From Eledone cirrhosa (Eukaryota), in assembly GCA_964016885.1 (NCBI GenBank), contig OZ024742.1, forward strand, positions 53,072,001-53,136,000: 64,000 nucleotides of DNA, read 5' to 3'. The notes beneath the pieces were generated by a model, which had not been told where the DNA came from, made no database searches, and saw nothing but the letters and a program-made list of their open reading frames with translations. How positions within the stretch are numbered: position 1 is the stretch's first letter; every line of letters begins with the position of its first letter. Below are positions 47,798-61,262 of the stretch, piece by piece. A program made the translations under genes and the position numbers.

Positions 47798-49980
47798 AAC
47801 GAAGGAAATGTGGTAAGGAACCAGGTGGACCATAAAGCACCAAAGTACTCAATACTTAGGGTAGTAGAGTGGGTAATAGGAACAAGTAGGACCCCGACGG
47901 TTGAGCTCAAGCCGTTTCAACGGCTAATTCTGGACTAAATGAAAATTTTTATCCTGGTATATGAATAGCCGAGCTTCTCGGGGGGGTAATTCCATATATG
48001 GTAAAAGTGATTGTCACAAGGATTGGTCAAAAGTTTGTTGTTGAGACACATAATTCTATCATGGCAATTTGTGGAAGGAAGGGGTAGCTGAACCTGCTAG
48101 TAGAAGAAAGAGGGAGAGGGAGTGGAGGAAACCCAGTCGTGCGTTGATAGTGCCAACTACAGCAGGGCAGGAGGTCAAGTAAGTATACTAGGGAGGGGGA
48201 GGGGGAGGAAGTCGAAACAATAAGTAAATCAATATGGAGTAAATATATAGAATACCAAGAATGTTAAAAATATAAAAAAAACAATTTCTGGTTACCATTC
48301 CCTAACGACAGTCAAGTCTCTCACTGGTACTGCTAAACTATAGAAAAGTTTACTAGGTGGGACGGAATTGTAATGAAACCATTTTAAGAGTTAGTAGTAA
48401 TCAACCGAGTATATCTTACGGTGACAGGTCAACAAGTGGGGAGCCAAAAAACTAAAGAAACTACCACGAAATAATAATTACGAAACTAATACAAAATAAT
48501 TGTTTCTACCCTAGGCACAAGGCCAGCAACCACCCAGTGCAAAAAATAAACTAATACGAAATAATAATTCAGAATCCCGAAAATGAATACTAATACTATC
48601 TCTAAGGGTGCCGCTATGATACAAAATTCTAGTGCAAACTACATAAATGCTCGTACGAAGTGTATGAAAAATTTGATACGGAAAATTAATTCAGAATCCC
48701 CCCCCCCCCCCCCCCCCCCCAAAAAATAAATACTGATATACGAGAAATTAAAGCAGAGATACCACTAAGAAATGTAGAAAGCACGGAAATGGGGCAGCCA
48801 TCGGATAAGAAAGCAAGTATCTGGGGTCTATCACATCTGCTATAAAAAGCGGAGTCGGCCAATTCTATCATAGAATAGGGGATGGGGTGGGGGTACTGAG
48901 GCTACAAAGGACCGAGAGGCTGCCTCGGGTGGGCGAGAAAGTGAAAAGGACGACGACAAAGAAGGAGGACTAGGAAGGGATGGGGGGAAGAAGGAAATAT
49001 AGAGGAAACGATAAAAAGATATAAAAGAAGATCGTACGTCTACCTTTGCAAGCAGGGGTTGCCCATTACAAAGTCGGCAAGTGGGGTGTTACAGCCCTTG
49101 TCTACCCTCCCAGGTCATTATGGGATTTGATGGCGAGGTAAGTCCTACGCAATCTGTGTTTGCATGCAGTTAGGAGTTGGTCCGTCGAAAACAGCATTTG
49201 TAAAGTTTCCTCCAAGTATAAATTGCACGGACGGCGTCCTCCCGTGTAAGAGTTGGCTCTGGACAGTAAGCTCCAAGTGAGATCATAGGTAATATTGTTA
49301 TCTTTAAGGTCCCAGATGTGGCCCGCAAGTGTGGTGGCGTGACGCCGGCCAGGGTTTCGGAAAGTATTGTGTTGGTATAGCCGGGTCTTGAAGTCACATG
49401 CGGTTAATCCTATATAAGCTTTGTTGGAAGTGTCCGTCCTCACGTTGCACTGGTAGATCACATTACGATCTCTGCATCTGTTGTCGAGGGGGCAAATGGA
49501 TCCATCAGGACAGTTGCACCTCTTGGTCGGCTCTCCACTGCTATTTAGGTTATTTCTTCCATAGGGGTTGAGTTTTTTGTTGTTAGAGGAGACGATGTTT
49601 TGTGCAAAGTTTGGTGTGGTGCTGTAGGAGAGTTTGATGGTATTTTTGTTGATTATGTTGTGGTAGTGGTGTTGTAGTGGGAAGTGTTTTTCGATGAGCC
49701 TAAAGAAGATTTTCCCGATAGGAGTTGTCACCTCGGCGTTGTGGGGAGGATTGAGCCATGTTACATTGCGTGAGCGGCGGTGTCGCCTGCTGGTTCCGCT
49801 AATAGAATTATGTGTCTCAACAACAAACTCTTGACCAATCCTTGTGACAATCACTTTTACCATATATGGAATTACCCCCTGAGAAGCTCGGCTATTCATA
49901 TACCAGGATAAAAATTTTCATTTAGTCCAGAATTAGCCGTCGAAATGGCTTGAACTCAGCCGTCGGGGTCCTACTCGTTC
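47798..49980 (-). mobile_element. Penelope-like element with GIY-YIG ORF remnant and inverted pseudo-LTR
   Basis: ORF 49102-49899: RNVTWLNPP..CNC...CPLDNRC...VIYQC...YIGLT...FKTRL..H. 47880-48059 is the reverse complement of 49802-49980; (TA)n on both sides. Confidence 0.88.
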
Positions 49981-50944
49981 ATATATATATATAAATATAT
50001 ATATATAAACCCATGCAAGCGTGGAACACGGACGTTAAACGTTGATGATGATGATGATGATGATGATATAAATGTAGAAATGAGATGATAGGGACTGGGG
50101 TCCCTATCATTCCACTGCAAAGTGGTCGTGCAGGTGCCACGGCAAAAAAGCACCCAGCACTCACTGTAAATGAGGTTGGTGTTAGGAAGGGCATCCAGCT
50201 GTAGAAATCAAGCCAGAATCAGTTCCCATCCCACCCTTGCAAGCAGGGAAAAAGCGGACGTAAAATGAAATGATGATATATATATATATATATATATATA
50301 TGGCAGTAAGAGTTTTCATTTGTACAAATGTGAAACATATAGAAAATAAATCAGATTCATATTATATTTAATAGAGACATAGAAGAAAAATCGGCCCCTG
50401 TACTAGACTGGACCTATTTTTTTCTCAACCTCGAAAGGTGAACGGGAAAGGGAACCTGTGTGGGATTTGAGTGCAGAGAGCCAGAATGAATACTGCAAAG
50501 CTTTCTACTTGACGTTTTAATGACGCTCCAATTTGCTGCCAAAGTATTTATATTTATCTAAAAACCTTCCATCATAATTGCATGTTGAACCTTTAAGTTA
50601 GGTTCCAGACACCAGCTTTGTTGTGAAAAAGTTAGTTATATTACTTAATAGCGCCAATCCAATGTATTTCTTGAGAAATATGGTAAAGAAAGGGTTAAAA
50701 CAGTTTTAAGACCGATTAGTATAGCTGGTTCTGTGGTGTTATCAGTCATGAGCAAGTCACTTAGAAACAGACCAATCTTGTTCTATAAAGGTGTAGATAT
50801 CAACACCATTCTTTTTATGTCAACTTTTCGAAGCAATGTTTTAGAGCCAGACAACCTTCCTGACACTCACTCTTTTAGTCACTTTTTACCTATCTTAAAT
50901 TAGATCCAGATATGTTCAGATAAATTATGTTTTAAATTTTTCAG

Positions 50945-51035
50945 CCAATAACATGGAAAACAGTGTTCATTACAGCTACTGTTGGTGGTGTATTTACATT
51001 GGCAATGTTTTATTTCAAACAAGAAAAAGAGCTAA
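50945..51035 (+). CDS. SCO1: SCO1 exon (transmembrane helix)
   Basis: ttttcag|PITWKTVFITATVGGVFTLAMFYFKQEKEL|gtaaat; 91 nt, phase 0 to 1. Confidence 0.9.
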
Positions 51036-51269
51036 GTAAATATCTAAATATATTCATTTATTATAATCACTACCATCATGACCATTTGAACAAATGAGGG
51101 AACATTAGGTGGTTGGGTTGTGAATGTAATTTATTATCTAGTTTATCACTACCTCTTGGCCCTTTGCTAGTTTTAGTGTAGTCCATTCTGTTGCAAGCAT
51201 TTGGGCCATATCTGTGGGTAACTTCCTTCTTATACGAACTCTTTGTAAAGTCAGGAGCATGGAGCAAAG

Positions 51270-51670
51270 TGTGCATAAAATTATGAATTGTGTATAAAAA
51301 TGTTGAATTGTAGGTAAAAACATGAAATCTGGGTAAAAATCATGAACTTTGGGTAAAATAATGAACCGTGGGTAAAAATTATGAATTGTGAGTTGAATCA
51401 TGAATAATGGAGGAAATGGTGGGTATAATTATGAACTTGGGTAAAATGGGGGAAAATAATAGACCATGTTGAAAATTACAAATTGTGGGTAAAAATTAGG
51501 AACCCTGGATAAAATCATGAATCTTGGCTAAAATCATGAACCATGGGTAAATTTATAGATAAAATCATGAAGTGTGTAAAATTATGTATCATGGTGAAAT
51601 GGGTGGGTAACATTGTGAATCTTGGGTAAAAATGATGAACCCTGGGTAAAATTATGAACCGTAGGGAAAA
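51270..51670. repeat. ~21-bp degenerate minisatellite
   Basis: gggtaaaattatgaacc-like units repeated many times. Confidence 0.8.
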
Positions 51671-52287
51671 TGGTATATCTAAAAGTAGGAAACATAAAGC
51701 ACTATCAAAGGATGACACACTTCTATGTTGCAAGGGGAGCTTCCTGCTAACACAGGGCCTACCAGTGCCTTCCTATAAATCTGGCCCTGTTGTCTGCTCC
51801 CCTTCCTACCATAAACCTCAGAAACCACCAAGAAAATTATATATGACAGCTCTCTTTCCTCTGACTGTCCTAAAAAAGTGTTTGAAAAAAGATGGGATTT
51901 CAATGGAATTGAATGCCTTTAAAGAGGATCTGTTGGATCAGGACTAACCATGGGCTAAACAACAGTTACCTATCCTAATATTGAATTCAGTCATAATCAT
52001 TATCAATACTGTTTTTAAATCATCATCATCTTCGTTTAACGTCCATCTTCCACGCTAGCATGGGTTAGAAAAATCAGGTTTTCTAATTGAACAGACTTTG
52101 AGATGACATACCATTTAATTTCATAAATAAGTGAATTAATAACCATGACCGCCCTGTCGTCTACTCTCCTTTCAGACAGTGTATTTAGAACTACATGATC
52201 ACATTAGCCAATCATCATCATCATCATATATGGTGTATTTGATTTTATATTTATTTACTCTTTGTTTTTCTTTATTTTATTTTTCAG

Positions 52288-52485
52288 AAATGGCCAAAGA
52301 AAGGAGTCGACAACTGGGCAAAGCTTCTTTAGGTGGACCCTGGTCCCTCATTGACCACAACAATCAACGTAAATCTAATAAAGATTTCTTCGGCCAGTGG
52401 GTGATACTCTATTTTGGATTCACACACTGTCCTGATATATGCCCGGATGAAATTGAGAAAATGGTTCAAGCTGTTGATCTGTTAG
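52288..52485 (+). CDS. SCO1: SCO1 exon with the copper-binding CxxxC motif
   Basis: LGGPWSLIDH..GQWVILYFGFTHCPDICPDEIEKM; ttttcag acceptor, gtcagt donor; 198 nt. Confidence 0.97.
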
Positions 52486-53099
52486 GTCAGTTGTATTAAC
52501 CTTTCCACTTTCTGGTTAGGTAGTTTAACACTTATCGTCCTGTACTGCATCGAACCACATTAATTAGACATTTTTGAAAAGTACAAAACAGTACTCTGAC
52601 TCCATCACGCTAAAATTAAAAAGTTACTACTGAAATTTTTCACTACAATCTGTCCACCAGTGAAGATACTATAATCATTAGAATTGACAAACCTGTTTTT
52701 AGATATTTTCTGCTGACTCATTGCAGGATGTTAAGAGTTTCAATGGTTTTGACTGCTTCTTATTTTACTCAATGTCAAAATGATGATGATGATATATATA
52801 TCAACACTTATTAATGGTCAGACTTGCTCACTCTCCTGTGAAATGTAATGTAAAATGCCATTTTTTTTTTTTTCTTGTCTCTCCATCTTCCTGGTCCATT
52901 CATTCATATAGCCACATCATCACCCAGAATCCAAATCTTTCTCAATGCTATTCTATAATTCTGTCTGGTTGTTCTAAATAATCTTCTTGTATTTTAAAAT
53001 CGCTTATTACTGTATATGCTTGTCCAATTATGCCCAAAATTTGAGGATTTTATTTAAACCTTCTCGCTAACTACCCCATACTCCTCCCACTCGCCCACA

Positions 53100-56000
53100 C
53101 TCGCCACCATTATTATCTGTACCAATCATAAGCCTATGCTATCACTTCTCCTGGTTGCCTTTCGATATGATGGATGGACTAAGGAATTCTGGAGAGTCTG
53201 AAAAATCTGGACACTCAGTGACAATGCCAAAGATAAAGACAAATTCACCCAATGCTGCCGGACGAAAAGGCAAGGACTCCTCTTTATTTCGGCCGCGGAT
53301 GGCCAACATAACCCCAACCCCATTCCCCTCACCCCTCCCCGCGCCCCACCGTTCCCACCCACCAAACGCAATCCAAAACTTCAGAGTTGTTACCATGAAC
53401 GTAGGCACCTTAAAAGGTCACTCTAACGAGGTTGTAGAAATGCTTGAATGTAAGGAGGTTGATGTTTGCTGTATCCAAGAGACCAGGTGAGGGGTGGGTC
53501 TGCTAGATTCATTGTGGGTAAAAAAACGATGCTATAAGCTTTTCTGGGTGGGAAATGACAATGGGCTGGGTGGGGTAGGAATCATGTTAGCAGAAAAATG
53601 GGTAGATAAGATAATAGACGTGAATAGAGTGAATGACAGAAAAATTAAAATAAGACTTGTTCTAAATAGAACTACTGTGACAGTAATATCTGCGTACGCA
53701 CCCCAATCCGGACTGCCTGGCGCTATAAAAGACAGATTCTATGAGACATTGATGCTCACTACCTCCCAAATAATCGACAGTGACTACATAATTATTGCTG
53801 GCGACCTAAATGGTCACGTTGGACAACATTGTGACGGCTATGACGGAATCCATGTAGGCTATGGGTTTGGTACTAGAAATGAGGAAGGCTCCAGAATCCT
53901 GGAATTCTGTGACGCAAATAACCTAACTATCTGTAACACTAACTTCAAAAAACGAGACAATCACTTGATCACCTATAGATCAGGGGAACACGCCAGTCAG
54001 ATAGATTATATCCTTACCAGAAGACATGATAGAGTGTCTGTTGTAAACACTAAATCCCTCCCCCATGAAGAATGCACCTCCCAACATAGACTCATAGTCA
54101 GTGACCTCATAGTCAGGACAAGACGTACTCGCCAACAGAGGAGGACTATCCTCAGGAGAAAAATATGCAAGCTAAAGGAGCCCACAGCCAGTAATAAATT
54201 TAAAAGCATATTACTTGATGCTTTTGACAGTAAGGAAGAGCAATTAGAGTCGTACAATATAGAGGAACAGTGGGAATTCCTGAAAGCTAACCTGCTGAAG
54301 GTGGCAGATGAAGTCTGTGGCTGGAGCAGGCCTATAGGCAGGAGGAGAGTAACGTGGTGGTGGAACAGTAAGGTGGAGGAGTCAATTAAGGCCAAAAAGC
54401 AGGCTTGGAAAGTATGGTGGGATGGGGGAAGTAGAGAAGATTATCAAGTGGCCAGGAGGGAAGCTAGGAGACAAGTGTACTTCGCAAGAAGGGAAGCAGA
54501 GGAAAGAAAGTTCAAGCATGTTCTACAATGTGAGGACCAAAAACGTGAGGTGTTCAGGATTGCTAGGGAGTGTGTCAAGGAAAACCGTGATATTGTCGGG
54601 GAGAAGTGTGTCTTGAATGATGATGGTGTACTTGCCATCACTGACGCTGATAAGAAGGTAGCTTGGAAGTGTCACTACGAAAGGCTACGAAATGAGGAGA
54701 ATAAATGGGAGAAAGACCCACATCGATCCAATAGAGGGACCAGCGGTGCAAGTTGAAGGTAGTATAATAAGTAAGACAATCAAAGATATGAAGACGGGTA
54801 AGGCAGCTGGGCCTTCGGAAATAGTTGCTGAAATGCTGAAAGCATCTGGAACGGTCGGACACACTATGGTCACCCGGATAGTAAACCAAGTCATACAGAA
54901 TGGGGTCGTTCCGAAGGACTGGCGTAGCAGCATCATCATTAACTGCTACAAGGGTAAAGGAGATGCCCTAGATAGGGGTAACTATAGAGGCATTAAATTA
55001 ATCGACCAGGTCATGAAGGTCACAGAAAAAGTAATAGCGCAACTAATCAGAGAGCGAATTGATCTAGATGAAATGCAGTTTGGGTTTGTGTCAGGTAAAA
55101 GTACCACAGACGCTCTTTTCATTGTACGACAACTACAGGAGAAGTACCTAGCTAAAAGTAAACCCCTATACTTAGCTTTTGTTAACTTGGAGAAAGCCTT
55201 TGACAAAGACCCCCGCTTCATTATCTGGTGGGCTCTTAGAAAACTAGGTGTTGATGAATGGCTCGTGAGAGCTATACAAGCCATGTATAAAGAAACAGTC
55301 AGAAGGTTAGAATTAACAACGAATATAGTGAAGAGTTTAGCGTAAAAGTTGGTGTTCATCAGGGCTATGTCCTTAGCCCCCTCCTATTTATTATTGCCCT
55401 TTAGGCTATAACAGAGGAGTTCAAGACCAGCTGCCCATGGGAACTTCTATACGCAGATGATCTAACGCTCATAGCTGAATCAATGGCTGAACTAGAGAAG
55501 AAATTCCAAACATGGAAGCATGGCCTAGAATCAAAAGGCCTTAAAATTAACCTGTCTAAGACTAAAGTTCTAGTTTGTAGGAAGGAAAATAGGGCACTGG
55601 TCCCATCTGGGAAATGGCCATGCTCAGTGTGTAGGAAAGGAGTAGGCAGAAACTCCATTTTATGTCCAAAATGCAAAGTATGGGTGCATAAAAGATGTAG
55701 TGTGATCACAGGTAAACTAGCTAAGAATATAGATTTTATATGTGGCTGGTGCTCAGGTTCAATAAGTAGCAGCAATTGCCCACAGAATACTAGCTCATTC
55801 CATTGCACAGATGGTTCTATAGAAATAGTGGACACCTTCCGTTACCTGGGTGACAAAATCAGCAGTGGTGGAGGGTGCTCTGAAAGTACAGTAGCTAGAG
55901 TCAGAACGGGATGGAAAAAGTTCAGAGAGCTTATACCACTATTGGCCGCTAAAAGGTTCTCTCTAAAAATAAAAGGCAGGCTGTATGATGCCTGCATACG

Positions 56001-56790
56001 AACAACAATGTTACATGGCAGTGAGACTTGGGCATTGTGTGCAGAGGATATACGCAGACTGGAGAGGAACGAAGCTTGCATGCTCCGCTGGATGTGTAAT
56101 AGTAATATACGCGAACGGCAAAGCATAAATGAACTAAGTGAGAAATTAGGAATAAGAGGGATCAGATGTTGTTTACTCGAGAGAAGACTACGTTGGTACG
56201 GTCACGTGATGTGTATGACAGACGACAGCTGTATAAAAAAGTGCAGGGTGATAAAAATAGACAGTAGCCACGGAGTAGGCAAACCCAGAAAAACCTGAGA
56301 TGACTTGATAAATTCCGACCTCACACACTTACACCTCTCCAAGACAATGTCACTGGTCCGAGATCTTTGGCGCTACACAGTCTTACAGAAGACCCGCCTT
56401 GCCTAAGTACAAAGCGAAACCTACAGTCAGTAGGCACCTCTAACAAAAATACACCCCCGTCCCACTACCCCCACCCCATCCACACCACCCCTTTCAATGT
56501 AAAGTTATGTTGGTACCACAACATCCAGGCCGAAACAAATGAGGTTGTGTAGGTGTCACGACAAAAAAAACACAGTCCACGCTGTAATGTGGCCATGTAG
56601 GTAACACAGTAAAAACCTCCCAGTCCACACTGTAAACGTAGTTGGTGTTAGGAATTGGCATCCAGCTGTAGAAAACCCGCCAGACAGTCCTAAACGAGCA
56701 AGTCAACCAATCTTGCCTCAAGTGGGAAAATTCCCATCCAAACCCATGCAAGCGTGGAAGATGGACGTTAAACGATGATGATGATGATCA
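53100..56790 (+). mobile_element. Near full-length RTE-clade LINE (decayed), sense in SCO1 intron
   Basis: APE (NVGTL, IQETR, GDLNGHVG, QIDYIL, SQHRL), RT (NYRGIKL, QFGF, LEKAFD, LLYADD), PHD-like insert and GKPRKT end; stops and frameshifts; 3' UTR ends gacgttaaacgatgatgatg. Confidence 0.92.
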
Positions 56791-57700
56791 ACAGAGGCAT
56801 CAAGTTGATTGACCAGGTCATGGAAAAGGCTGAAAATAGCGCAACTAATTAGGGACAGAATCAAGTTAGATGAGATGCAGTTTGGATTTATGCTAGGCAG
56901 GAGTACTATCTATGCCCTCTTTCTAGTGAGATAATTACAGGATAAGTAATTAGCTAAGAGTAAGTCACTGTATCTGGCTTTTGTAGATATGAAGAAGGTC
57001 TATGACAGAGTCCCACACTTTGTAATCTGGTGGGCACTTAGGAAGCTAGGTGTAGACAAATGGATTGTGAGGGCCTTGCAAGCCATGTATGAAAAACCAA
57101 CGAGAAAAGTGAGAGTTAGCAATGAATAGAGTGATGAATTTGAAGTAGAAATAGTTGAGTTTCTCCTACCTGGGTGACCAGAGTAGCAGTGGAGGTATGT
57201 GTTCTGAAAGTGTAGTAGCTAGAGTGAGAATGCGATGTAAAAGGTTCAGGGAGATACTACTGATGCTAGCAATGACAGGTTTTTTTCCTTAAAATGAAAG
57301 GCAGGTTGTATGAAGCTTGTGCACGAACAGCAATGCTGCATGAAACTGAGAGAGAAACTAGGCATAAGAGGAGTCAGTTTCAGTGTGCAGGAGAGGAGAT
57401 TGTAGTGGTATAGACATTGGGCACATATGGAGGATAACAGCTATATAAAAAGATGCAGGGTGCTCAAAGTCAATAGAAACTAAGAAAGAGGAAGACCTAG
57501 GAAAGCTTGGTATGAAGTGATAAAAGCTGACCTTGCCTAATTAAACCTTATTAAGGAGATGACACAGGATCACAGTCTGTAGCTTTATACTATGCTGCAG
57601 AAGGCCTGCCCTCCCATATGCACTGGATGAAACAAACATGTAGAATACACTTGTCTACAGCAATCTTCTGCTCTTTACCCCTCCCAAATCTTAATACTTC
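56790..57700 (+). mobile_element. Older, fragmented copy of the same RTE family
   Basis: RGIKLIDQVM, QFGFM, WWALRKLGV and RGRPRKAW remnants with many stops. Confidence 0.75.
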
Positions 57701-58374
57701 CCATGCCCCATCACTAGCTACATAACCCACCCATATGTAGTTGTTTGTCCCTCCAACCCTCACACATCATTCCTGATACACCTCTTCTGTCAAACCACTC
57801 AAAAAGTATTAAACACTTTATGGTGATCTGGTGCTACCACAAAAAATCACTCTGTCCATCATCCTTGTAAGGCAGTTGTGCTAATAAAATGAGAAAGCAC
57901 CCAGTCCACCCTGTTAGATAGTTGTTTTGGTGCCATGATAAAAAGTACCAAGTCCACACTGTAACATGGTTGGCATTAGGAAGGGCATCCATCCATAGAA
58001 ACCAAGCTAAAATATAGATCTGTATGAGCAAGACATAGTTATGTAACTTGAATTGTCTCATAACAACCTGTTTAACCTATGCAAGCATGGAAAATAAATA
58101 TTATATGGTAATGCTGATAATATAGGACGGGCTTCTGCAGTTTCTGTCTCACAAGGCATTGGTTAACCTATTGACTGACGCGTATATTTTACACAGCTAC
58201 AGTTGCTGTGCCGGGTTTTTTTTCAGTAAAACGAAGTTATGAACTGTTGGAAACGAGTTCTTTCATCCGTGACACTGGAATGCATACATGTCAGGACAAG
58301 TTATCTTGTCTATTGCACTGAAGAGGTTAACCCAAGCTACAGTTTTGAATGAAAAATATATTTTTGTCTTTCAG

Positions 58375-58467
58375 ATAAGAATCCAAAAGTCCCAAATGTC
58401 ATTCCATTATTTATCACAGTTGATCCAGAGAGAGATACTGTGGATGCCATTAGAGAATATGTAAAGG
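58375..58467 (+). CDS. SCO1: SCO1 exon
   Basis: [31 protein letters not shown]; ttcag / gtaagt; 93 nt. Confidence 0.97.
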
Positions 58468-59689
58468 GTAAGTCACATCTTGATAATATTCTTGTTAAGA
58501 AGACTACATTTGAATATATATGTATCATTAGCCATTTATGTCTATTTTTTTCAAGATTTTATATATATATATATATATATATAAAATGCTGGTGATGATG
58601 ATGATATCCCCCATAGTGAGACCACCCAGTTCCACATAGTAAATGTGGTTGAAGTTTAGGAAAGACATCCAGCAGTCGAAAAACCTAACCAAAACACAGT
58701 CTCACTTTGAGCAAGGTACAGCATGGCCAACTGGTCAGAGCTATCTCATAGTGGTACCACCCAGTTCCACACTGTAAATGTGGTTGATGTTAGGAAGTGT
58801 TTCCAGCAGCCGTAAAGACTCAGCGAGATTGCAATCCCATTATGACCAAGGTGGGGTGTAGCCAACTGGCCAGACATTCCTCATAGTCAGACCACCCAGC
58901 TACCAAAATATGGTGTGGCCTATTAGTCAGACTTGCCTCATAATGAGAACAACCCATCTAACCCATGCTAGCATGAAAAAATAGATGTTAAATGATTTTT
59001 GAAATGCAGGGTCAAACTATCACAGTATCTTTCCATTAAATAAGCCTACATTTAACTCGTTACCATTTCTAATGAAAAACACTGTCTAGGATTTTCAAAA
59101 CTGACAAAAAAGCTTTGACAATTAAATAACCATCTTGTTACTAAACCAAGGAATGAATTAGGGAAGGAATTTAGTAATATAACTAACCTTATTAATATTA
59201 AGATAATGGAAGGTTTTTAGATAAATATAAAGTGGTCATGATGGCAACACGACAAAAAGAACTCGGCCCACACTGTAAAGTGGTTGTGTAGGTGTCACTG
59301 CAAAAAGCACCCAGTACTCACTGTAAATGAGGTTGGCACTAGGAAGGGCATCAAGCTGTAGAAACCAAGCCAAAATCGGTCCTTTCTTAAACTTCGACTA
59401 TCAGAATCATTATTACCATGCTCGCCATCATCTCATTCACCCTTGAAAAATAACAACTTGACCAATGACAGACAGATTTTACAAATAAGCTAAGCTAAGG
59501 AGATATTTCAATCATATAGTACAGCTTATTTCATAAATGTTTTCCTTTTTCTTTAAAGATGTTCAACTCCATACATACCCTAGTGCTATGCTCCACCGTC
59601 ACCATATACCACACTCCCTTTTTATCACCTTTTGCTGCTGAGTATAGATGAGTGTCTAGGAGAGCATTAGCTCTGAGTAAAATAAGATT

Positions 59690-60570
59690 GGATGGATCAT
59701 ATGTTGAATTTTCTAAGCCATTGAAAAGGCAGACTATCTAGGATGGGAGAGACCTTGATTAAAATTGACTGCATGGAGTAGATGTGGGCCCTGTTGATAT
59801 AAATGAAGGCAGCCCGTCTAGGATGGCAGGACTATGATTAAAAATGACTGCTTGGTGCAGACATGGGGGTCTGATGCACACACACACTCTGAACTGCATA
59901 CTTAGCGCTTACATGCTCTGTTACAGAGTACTATTCGCCGCTCTGAGCAGGGAGCTGGCATGCCAAGCAAGTTGATACCATCCTCAACTTGGCAATGAGA
60001 ATAGTATCTGGCACATTGAAATCTATACCTACTTAGTGGCTGCCTACCCTTTCTCATATAGCTCCTTCTCACATGTGGTATCTGACGATCCTCAAAGCAA
60101 CACTTCTTACCTAGTTCAAATCCAACCTTCCTGTCCATAAAAACTTGGAACACTTTCCCAACAGGTTCTTGAAATCATGCAAACCATTTTGTGAATCATT
60201 GAAGACCCTTCAAGACCATAACTGAAGCAAGAGTGGTGAAGATCATAGAATAAATTCAAATTTGCCAACTAGGACCTTGTCCTGGACTCTGCATTTTAAC
60301 CAGCCGGCTTTGACCTTCCTAGAAAGCAATAGGTGTCCCTTAATCGGATCTACACACACCTTGCCAGGACAACCCATCATCCCCATCAATGGAAAATGAA
60401 AGACAGCCCAGCATGTGACTGTGGGGACCCTGACCTGACAGGGCTTAATGTTGTTTGGATTTTTCCCTCAGACGTTTTCCCGGCGGCCTGGAAGCAATCC
60501 ATAATACTACAAATGATGCCTTCATCTAGCTCAATAATCTTGATCTGTCTCTTTATCCATTTGCATGTGT
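59690..60570 (+). mobile_element. Decayed non-LTR retrotransposon fragment
   Basis: LNRIYT...HQWKMKDSPACDCG C-terminal zinc-knuckle-like remnant; ~80-bp-period duplication at 59727-59870. Confidence 0.5.
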
Positions 60571-61146
60571 CATCTGATAAGAAGAAAAAAATGGAGACAG
60601 ACCAGCGTTTGATGTTGTTATTCCAAAGGCCTGTTTCAATATGAGTTTATAATTCATGTTAATTTTACTGTGTGTCGGTAGGTATGGTTAAGTTGAGAGT
60701 GTTTTGACCACTCGTTATCACCATGTCTACAAGGCCATGGATTTAAAGTTGATTGATGGTGTTACGAACAAGCACTTCCACCATCATAACCCTTTGTTTA
60801 TTTTACAGTACCCTAGACATGAGGTTTCCACTTTGATGTGACTATAGCAGCCAACAAATTTGTTGTGCCCATCCACATTCTTATCTTTTGAGGGGCGACA
60901 TGTAGATTACTGTGTGTTTGAGTTTTATGGCATCAGGCGTTCAAACATAACATTGATCAAGTTCATTAATAGCAAATGTCTATCAATTTTAAAATTTAGG
61001 TTGATAATGTAAAATATAAGATATAAACATGGAATTTTGGAAACAAATATTAAATAATATTCCTATCATTTTTTTTTCATTTTGAATATCCTGACTAAGT
61101 CTTCATTTCTTTCCAATCAAATTTAGATATATTTTCTTATTTTCAG

Positions 61147-61262
61147 AATTTTCCCCAAAGCTGTTAGGTCTTACTGGAGACAAGGACAGTATTCACCAGG
61201 CAACAAGAGCCTACCGTGTTTATTACAGTTCTGGACCAAAGGATGAAGACAATGATTACATT
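61147..61262 (+). CDS. SCO1: SCO1 exon
   Basis: [39 protein letters not shown]; tttcag / gtaaga; 116 nt. Confidence 0.97.
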
